From assembly GCA_041661745.1 (NCBI GenBank), contig JBAZTR010000001.1:15740-79739 (forward strand): DNA of 64,000 nucleotides, given 5' to 3'. The notes under the pieces are model-generated. The model made no database searches. It saw only the letters and a program-made list of their open reading frames with translations, and was not told the origin of the DNA. Positions 58,001 to 64,000 of the stretch are shown one piece after another (within the stretch, counting starts at the first letter, position 1; each line of letters opens with the position of its first letter). Source of the DNA: Patescibacteria group bacterium (GTDB lineage Bacteria > Patescibacteriota > Patescibacteriia > UBA9934 > GWF2-40-263). Position numbers and translations under genes: made by a program.

Positions 58001-61000
58001 CCGCGGTAGAACCGTTCTTACAAACAGTGGAACTCCCGCATCTTTTACTTTTGATACCGTTACCATTTCTAACAGCGGCGACCTTTTATTAAATTCGGAT
58101 ACAACAATTATTTCAACAACAAATACCTGGACTGGCGGAGATATTACCGACCAAGGAGGTACGTGGAATTCATTGTTGACGAATCTTGTTATTCCTACCG
58201 GGGCAAGATTTTATGCAGACACAACAAGAAGTGTTACTTCGGTTGTTGTAAACGGCACAATGACCCATTCATTAAATTCCACAGCGGAAACATACAAAAT
58301 AGATTTCACAACAACCGGAGATTTTACTATCGGAGCGACTGGTACAGTGAATGTTGATGGCTATGGATTTACAGGGCGATATGGGACTGGTGCCGGGGTC
58401 GACGCCGGAACCTATGGATCTGGTGGTGGATACGGAGGTCGCGGTGGTGCAACATCTGATGGCGGGGATACCGGCGGTGCTACCTATGGTTCGGCAACAG
58501 CGCCAACCAATATTGGATCAGGCGGAAGTGGAAATAATGGAACAACAACCGGTGGAAAATCCGGCGGCGGTGCCATTAAGTTAACAGTTGGTGGAAATTT
58601 AGCAGTTGGTGGAGAAATTACCGCTGATGGTGGAACGGAAATGACCTTTGGAAATTCTTGGGAAAACTGGGGCGGCGGTTCTGGCGGATCAGTGTGGTTA
58701 GACATAGTGGGAACACTGTCCGGTACAGCAAATATTACCGCTGATGGTTCCGGAGGGAAGACTGCGGGTGATGGCGCCGGTGGCGGTGGACGTATTTATA
58801 TTACTTGTTCAGCCGATTCACATTCGGGATCAATGAGTGTTATTACCGGTACGGTTGGTATAGCGGGTGGAGGTGGAACCGCGACACTAGTTTTAGAAAC
58901 TCCTCCAACATCTCCAACAATTTCCAACCCTCTTAGTAATTCTTATAACAATAGTTTAACTCCGACCATTACCGGTTCTACTTATGTTTCCGATGTTGCC
59001 CACGTTTCAACTGATTGGAAAGTTGTGGCGTCTTCGGATACTTGTTCAAGCACTGCTGTTTGGGAATCAGAACACGATGCTGTTAATTTAACTTCCATTA
59101 CCGTCGGAGTAGCTCTAACTGCCAGCACAACATATAAGGCATGTGTACGTTATACCAATAGTTTTGGTGATAGCAGCTGGTCTACCGCTATAACTTTTAC
59201 AACTCAATTCGGTGGAACTAGTAACAGTACTACTTGGGATTTTGATGAGGGCGTTGTCGCCGACAATTATGATTTTAATGATATTTATGTTGAGTTGGAT
59301 GCTTCGGGGAATAGTTTAGCCAGACTAAAAGATTTGGGAGCTGGGGTTTATAGAGGGGCTCAATATCCCGGTTATGCTAAGCGCAAAGAAATTACCATTA
59401 CCAATACCACAGCTACGGAGTTAACTAACTATCAGGTTAAGCTCAATGTTTTGTATGACTCCGACATGCAGGCAGATTTCGATGATATTAGGTTTGCTTC
59501 GTCTGACGGATCAACATCAATTGATTTTTGGTTAGAAAGTAAAACCGATTCATCAAAAGCAATCGTGTGGGTTGAGGTGCCAACCATAGGGGCTTCCACT
59601 ACTGCTACGATTTACATGTATTACGGAAACACAAGTGTAAGCAGTGCCAGTAATGGCGCGAATACATTTGATTTTTTTGATGATTTTGAAAGTTACGCCG
59701 TAGATTCAAACATCAATGGTCAGGGAAGTTGGGTTGCTTCTGTTATTGGTGGCAGCGGCGAGGCAAAGGTAAGGAGCGTAAATAGCAGAAACCATTTAAG
59801 AGTTTCTTCTACTAGTACTGGTAGTGCAATTTACAATACATTGATTGGATCAAAAACCGTTTCATCTACACTGGGGTATGCCATTGAATCCTATGTTTCG
59901 CCAGCCGCAGTTGGGGAATGTACAACATATTTCTTTGGAAACACTACAACGATTGGTCCTGATAACGTCGGTCCGAATGATGGGCATGGGGCGTTTTGGA
60001 TTGGTAATGGAGGAACGCCTTGGTCGTGGGTTCGTTCTCACGTTTCCGGAGTACGTGTCGATGGCACATACAATAAAGGCGATACCGCAAGCGTTGGGAC
60101 TTACTATCGTTATACATTCAAGTGGCTAGGTACAAGTTTAAATGCCCTTAAGGACGGGAAAGCAACGTTTTCAACCACTTCTTCAGCCTTTTCCGGGTTT
60201 ACCAATATTTGGGTTGGCACATATAATCCTGCTTCTTGGAACCATGACTGGATTCTTGTAAGAAAGATAACATCTTCTGATCCTGCGATTGCTTGGGGTA
60301 ATGAAGCTAGCACAGTGTTATTGGATTGGAACTATCGCCAGGCTTTTAGTGTTTTTAACGAGACTGCTTCGGAATTAACAAATTTTCAGGTCAAAATAAA
60401 TGTTCCATATAATTCCTCAATGCAAACTGATTTTGACGATGTTCGCTTTGCCTCATCCGACGGTACCACGTTGCTTGACTATTGGTTAGAAACAAAAACA
60501 GATTCTTCTGTTGCCACGTTCTGGGTGGAAATTCCAACAATCGGTGCCTCTTCTTCTACAAATATTTATCTTTATTATGGGAATAGTGGGGCAAGCAGCG
60601 TAAGCAATGGTACAAATACTTTCGATTTTTTTGATGATTTTAGTGGAGATTTGAGTAAATGGACTGCTATCGGTTCGTTTGACACAACGGGCGGCACATT
60701 GAACTTTGTGAGCGGAGCTAGTTGTAGTTCTTCGTTTTGTTTCTTGTTGGCAGATACAGCATCGATGTTTTCTGATTATGTGATGGATTACAGTATGTAT
60801 TACGCCCCAGCTCTTGATAACGGCGCTATTCACCGTTCTCAATCAAAAGTTAACGCCGACAATACGTACGCCACGATTAAAAGGCATGTTCCCAACAACC
60901 ACTATTTTCATCGTCGGGTAGCGACGGCTTGGGGCGCGGCCATAAATGAATTAGCTTATACATACACCGACAATGTTTGGATGTATATGCAGGAAACATT

Positions 61001-63824
61001 TGCTGGTTCGACTCTTAGTACAAGATTTTTTTCTGATCAAGCGAGGACAAATTTAGCAACCTATAATTCTTGGACAGAAGCCTCTTGGGGCACTGGATAC
61101 GTTGGAATTTATAATTATTCAACTTCAACCGGCGTTAAATGGGATGATTTTAGAATTCGCAAATATGCCGCTACCGAACCAACCGTTGTTCCAGGCGGTG
61201 TTGAAAGTGTTGCGTCTTTTGATGAGATTTCTGTTGCTCCTTCCACAGCCGGCACTCACCCCATATACAACGAACTCTATGGTCTCGGGGCCACCACCGG
61301 AACAGTGGAAGGATCAATTGGTTATACTGTTTCTAACAATGGTACCAACTGGTACTATCACAACGGTTCGGCCTGGGTCGCTGTGACAACCGAAACCTCT
61401 CAGTACAACACTCTTGCTCAAGTTGATGCATACCTATATGACTTCACCTCAGAAATCGGCGATGGTGAATTCTATTTCAAAGCTTTCCTTATTTCCGACA
61501 CCACCCAAGAAGTTGAACTCAACAGCCTCACCCTGACATACATTGGTATGCCCACGGTTAACTGGACCACCGCCAGCCAATCTGGTGCAGAAGACGCCGG
61601 CGGCCTGACGGTCACGGCTTCGCTTTCTTTTTCATACGCTCTTGATGTCACGATTCCGTACACAGTGACCGGTACGGCCACTGGTTCGGGAACAGACTAT
61701 TCCATCACGGCCAGTCCGCTGGTTGTCACAGCCGGCAGCACCACCGGCAATGTCACCATCACCGTGACCAATGATGTTATCGATGAACTGGACGAAACCG
61801 TGGTTGTCACCATGGGTTCACTGACTAATGGTATTAAAGGGGCCACTGATGTTCACACCGCTACCATCACCGATAACGATGCCGCCCCAACCATTGCCGT
61901 GGCTGATGTTTCTGTTGCTGAAAACGCCGGTCCGGGTACGGTCACGGTCACCATGACCGGTGGTTCATACCTCGGCACCTCGGTTAACTATGCCACCTCT
62001 GACGGCACAGCTCTTGATGGCACTGACTACACCGCCACCTCCGGCACCCTGACCTGGGCGGCTGACGCCACCGGTGACAAGACCTTCACTATCACTCTCT
62101 CTGATGACACCTTGGACGAAGATGATGAAACAGTCACCATCACTCTTTCCGTTCCGGTTAACGCCACGATTTCTGACACCACCGGAGCTTTAACCATCAC
62201 TGACAATGATGATCCCCCGACCATTACTTTCGATAGCAACACTGCCTCTGGTTCTGAAGCAACGTCTCCAGCCGCTTTTAACGTTTCATTATCTGCCGCT
62301 TCCGGTCGAACAATTACCGCCACCTGTGCCACGCACGCCATCACGGCCACGGCCGGTACTGACTACACGGCAATTTCCTCAACCTTAACCTTTAGTCCCG
62401 GTGATACTTCTAAAACCGTTAACATCACCATCAGCAATGACGCTTTGGACGAAAACAACGAAACCTTTAGTCTTCATCTTAACGACTACTCCAACGTCAC
62501 AGCCGGCACCTATACTGCCGATACCTATACCATCACCGACAACGACGATCCGCCAACCGTTTCCTGGACCACTTCCTCTCAATCCGTGACCGAAGACGCC
62601 ACCACGGCCACCATCACTGCCGAACTTAGTGCTGCCTCTGGTCTAACTGTCACTATTCCATACACCATGACCGGCACAGCCACCGGCAGCAGTACTGACT
62701 ACACCATCACCGCCAGCCCCGTGACCATCTCGGCTGGTTCAACCACCACCGATGTCACGGTCACTATTATCGAAGACGCTGTGGTGGAAACCGATGAAAC
62801 CGTCATCACCACCATTGGTTCACCGACCAATGCTTCGACCGGGGCCACCACAGTCCATACCTTAACCATTGCCAACGATGATCGTCGAAGCAAACCAACT
62901 CCATCCACCGGTGACACAACCCCCAGCACAATTAACCTAACCTCGCCAACCGATAACGAACAACTAATCGCCGGTTCCTTTAAAACCATCACCTGGTCTT
63001 CCACCGGCACCTTTGGTTTCGTTAACCTGGCCTATTCCACTGACGGCGGAGTCTCCTATCAAACAATTGAAGACAACTTAGTCAACTCCGGCTCTTATTA
63101 TTGGTCTATTCCCAACCAATCTGTCACCAACGGCTTCATCAGAATCGAAGGCACTGATCTCGCCTCTATCCTAACCTCTGACATAATTCCGTTCACCACG
63201 TTTGTCACGACCACACCAATCGATGAGGAAACTCCGGCCGAAGAAATCCCCACCGAAGAGGAAGCCGCCGAACAAATAAGTCTTATCGGTATGGCACTAG
63301 AGAGTGTTCTTGGTGACCGCTGGATCAACGAAGCGGAAAAGAACGGGGTCTGGGAAATCTTCCCGGATCTTCCGGAAGAAGTTTCCATTGGCACTCTGGT
63401 TAAACTGCCTGATGATGGCGACCCGACCACCCAATTCGATTCCGCTGTCTATTACATCGGCCTCGACAAGCGCCGTCACGCTTTCCCTAACGAACAGGTA
63501 TACAAATCTTGGTTCTCCACTTTCTATGGCATCAAGACCATCGACTCAGTCACTATGTCCAACATTCCACTCGGCCCCATGGTGACTTATCGTCCGGGTT
63601 CAACTCTAATTAAATTTCCTTCCATTACCAAAGTCTATTCCATTGATTCCGAAGGCTGTCTCCGCTGGTTAACCTCGGAAGAACTAGCCATCGACATGTA
63701 CGGTCCAGACTGGGCCAGAATCGTCAAAGACGTCTCCGAAGCCTTCTGGTCCAGCTATTGCTTTGGTGACGACCTCGTCGCTGCCAATGATCAAGATTGG
63801 GATACGGTGATTGCCTCGCAATAA
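55053..63824 (+). CDS. Giant (2923 aa) surface protein: four Gly-rich repeats, two DUF2341-like domains, four Calx-beta-like domains, conserved C-terminal module
   Basis: Signal peptide; YGS.TAP...GSGG...GGSI/V..D...GGGGR repeats starting near 55500, 56436, 57381, 58341; MQ.DFDD.RFASSDG...WVE.P twice; V.Y...GTA..GTDY...D..DE.DET repeats. Confidence 0.85.
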   Translation: MALKRNNPNWINRFFSVSFLFIVALLFFRASPTLAAAVSWDSGGANNDWETAANWSGDAVPTDADDVTIDYAETININATTTINSLTVGGTNATVLNFDYDALTAGALIIDAGALTVAANGTITHTAGSTTSVLGSVYIDVQTGGATITGTINVDAKGYTEGYGTGVGGNNFSGGGFGGEGGRGESGTSGTTYGSITAPVSLGSGGNSYCGASSGHGAGAVRLHVAGELSVAGSISAVGGDGTAWCAGAGSGGSIYLDAGTISGAGTISVNGGADTNGELRGGHGGGGRVAMYYDTKTYSGGLTAYTGSFGSNTYYGGAGTIYVKDNAQPNGDLTIDNNSKDNTTSDTAIGKTNLSTATYKTLTISNDGHIDIQSGQTLTYTTLTWTGGNITDSGGTLNTVTTGDVVIPASSYFYANGNYTGASAWTTLLVNGVLTHSNNVNLATYDLDVETTSTAEIAAGGSIDVSGRGFTKGNGTGTGSGQGAAGGHGGQGGPGDGTGGGVYGSITAPITLGSGGNSSCGSGGQGGGAVKLTIGTTLTVTGDILASGSNASNDWCSAAGAGGSIYLDVTTMAGAGAMTAGGGNAVNGELRAGGGGGGRIAYYYDSSTYSGTVTAYGGYQASNYYIGAAGTIYEKDNDDANGDLKIDNNSHDNATYDAWLARTPLTPTSTPLSLTVDSLTLSNDGHLLLTADTTIDYTTISWTGGNITDRGGVMNDLLGSSVDMTIPTGSMFYADYARTLNSLTVDGTLTHSQNYSTATYRMNLTVTTDMTISASGSVTAYGKGFVGQQGNATGKGYSTNSGAGYGGQGYGVNTSYGNVYGSITAPTDLGSGGGSYIGWATDAKTLYGGGAIQLTVGGELDVSGSINVNAFTGSTIYCDGAGQGSGGSIYLDAGTLSGAGSMTANGGIPCHANGGGGGGGRIAIHYTTNSSTLVPTAYGGWITGGVRFGGAGTVYWNDKDGTDNLVIDNNSHDYTSSVIGYNRGRTVLTNSGTPASFTFDTVTISNSGDLLLNSDTTIISTTNTWTGGDITDQGGTWNSLLTNLVIPTGARFYADTTRSVTSVVVNGTMTHSLNSTAETYKIDFTTTGDFTIGATGTVNVDGYGFTGRYGTGAGVDAGTYGSGGGYGGRGGATSDGGDTGGATYGSATAPTNIGSGGSGNNGTTTGGKSGGGAIKLTVGGNLAVGGEITADGGTEMTFGNSWENWGGGSGGSVWLDIVGTLSGTANITADGSGGKTAGDGAGGGGRIYITCSADSHSGSMSVITGTVGIAGGGGTATLVLETPPTSPTISNPLSNSYNNSLTPTITGSTYVSDVAHVSTDWKVVASSDTCSSTAVWESEHDAVNLTSITVGVALTASTTYKACVRYTNSFGDSSWSTAITFTTQFGGTSNSTTWDFDEGVVADNYDFNDIYVELDASGNSLARLKDLGAGVYRGAQYPGYAKRKEITITNTTATELTNYQVKLNVLYDSDMQADFDDIRFASSDGSTSIDFWLESKTDSSKAIVWVEVPTIGASTTATIYMYYGNTSVSSASNGANTFDFFDDFESYAVDSNINGQGSWVASVIGGSGEAKVRSVNSRNHLRVSSTSTGSAIYNTLIGSKTVSSTLGYAIESYVSPAAVGECTTYFFGNTTTIGPDNVGPNDGHGAFWIGNGGTPWSWVRSHVSGVRVDGTYNKGDTASVGTYYRYTFKWLGTSLNALKDGKATFSTTSSAFSGFTNIWVGTYNPASWNHDWILVRKITSSDPAIAWGNEASTVLLDWNYRQAFSVFNETASELTNFQVKINVPYNSSMQTDFDDVRFASSDGTTLLDYWLETKTDSSVATFWVEIPTIGASSSTNIYLYYGNSGASSVSNGTNTFDFFDDFSGDLSKWTAIGSFDTTGGTLNFVSGASCSSSFCFLLADTASMFSDYVMDYSMYYAPALDNGAIHRSQSKVNADNTYATIKRHVPNNHYFHRRVATAWGAAINELAYTYTDNVWMYMQETFAGSTLSTRFFSDQARTNLATYNSWTEASWGTGYVGIYNYSTSTGVKWDDFRIRKYAATEPTVVPGGVESVASFDEISVAPSTAGTHPIYNELYGLGATTGTVEGSIGYTVSNNGTNWYYHNGSAWVAVTTETSQYNTLAQVDAYLYDFTSEIGDGEFYFKAFLISDTTQEVELNSLTLTYIGMPTVNWTTASQSGAEDAGGLTVTASLSFSYALDVTIPYTVTGTATGSGTDYSITASPLVVTAGSTTGNVTITVTNDVIDELDETVVVTMGSLTNGIKGATDVHTATITDNDAAPTIAVADVSVAENAGPGTVTVTMTGGSYLGTSVNYATSDGTALDGTDYTATSGTLTWAADATGDKTFTITLSDDTLDEDDETVTITLSVPVNATISDTTGALTITDNDDPPTITFDSNTASGSEATSPAAFNVSLSAASGRTITATCATHAITATAGTDYTAISSTLTFSPGDTSKTVNITISNDALDENNETFSLHLNDYSNVTAGTYTADTYTITDNDDPPTVSWTTSSQSVTEDATTATITAELSAASGLTVTIPYTMTGTATGSSTDYTITASPVTISAGSTTTDVTVTIIEDAVVETDETVITTIGSPTNASTGATTVHTLTIANDDRRSKPTPSTGDTTPSTINLTSPTDNEQLIAGSFKTITWSSTGTFGFVNLAYSTDGGVSYQTIEDNLVNSGSYYWSIPNQSVTNGFIRIEGTDLASILTSDIIPFTTFVTTTPIDEETPAEEIPTEEEAAEQISLIGMALESVLGDRWINEAEKNGVWEIFPDLPEEVSIGTLVKLPDDGDPTTQFDSAVYYIGLDKRRHAFPNEQVYKSWFSTFYGIKTIDSVTMSNIPLGPMVTYRPGSTLIKFPSITKVYSIDSEGCLRWLTSEELAIDMYGPDWARIVKDVSEAFWSSYCFGDDLVAANDQDWDTVIASQ

Positions 63825-63836
63825 AAACAAATAGAC

Positions 63837-63865
63837 AAAAAACACTCGGGTTCCCGAGTGTTTTT
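63837..63865 (+). terminator. Intrinsic terminator similar to the one at 54969
   Basis: AAAAACACTCGG-gttc-CCGAGTGTTTTT. Confidence 0.8.
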
Positions 63866-63933
63866 GTTTTCCCTTTAATCCCCCTTCACCCCCTTTCACC
63901 CCTTCACCCCCTTTGATACAATAGGGCCACAAT

Positions 63934-64000
63934 ATGCCTACACTTTACCGTACTTATCGCCCCCAGACCTTTGCCGAGGTCACGGCACAGGAACATGTAA
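63934..64000 (+). CDS. dnaX: DNA polymerase III subunit gamma/tau, 5' end only
   Basis: MPTLYRTYRPQTFAEVTAQEHV matches the LYRKYRP..F..V.GQ.HV N-terminus of DnaX; truncated by the window edge. Confidence 0.8.
   Translation, partial: MPTLYRTYRPQTFAEVTAQEHV

Noticed and set aside
54437-63824. Paired similar regions as DGR template and variable repeats
   Set aside because: Both copies are coding, mismatches are mostly synonymous and not confined to adenines, and no reverse transcriptase is present.
1-64000. Alternative genetic code 25 (TGA = Gly, as in Gracilibacteria/SR1)
   Set aside because: Long conserved genes are intact under code 11, and TGA ends the yjjX and prs ORFs at sensible positions.

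Overview
Bacterial chromosomal segment in genetic code 11. Gene content and style (AT-rich leaders without Shine-Dalgarno on core genes, dnaB-ybaB-recR order, a lone VirD4/TraD-like ATPase, CxxC-x17-CxxC protein, giant surface proteins) suggest a Patescibacteria/CPR genome; this assignment is inferred. Layout: (1) 1-10 kb: ECF sigma factor divergent from a secreted protein and a MacAB-type ABC exporter operon, then a SanA-like protein and a P-type ATPase. (2) tRNA-Asn(GTT) at 10128-10202, followed by a ~13 kb accessory region punctuated by direct and inverted copies of the tRNA 3' end. It carries REP-like hairpins with a GIY-YIG gene, an AT-rich three-gene candidate anti-phage operon (Mrr-like nuclease-STAND ATPase plus two HEPN-like genes), an LCP protein, an ArsR/sortase F unit, and redox and LRR genes. 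(3) 23.5-32 kb: GC-rich stand-alone genes (HD protein, SufS-like, YjjX, divergent Prs) with their own sigma70 promoters, some with boxA-like leaders. (4) 31-51 kb: housekeeping genes (rplU, recR, ybaB, dnaB, folD, rimK-like, lepA, recJ, rnhA, cysS). (5) Two tandem large surface proteins (1089 and 2923 aa) sharing a C-terminal module, then the start of dnaX. The best candidates for undescribed biology are the tRNA-fragment-delimited cassette array, the STAND+2xHEPN operon, the shared promoter/boxA-like leader class, and the modular adhesins. All calls come from reading motifs by eye; no searches were run.
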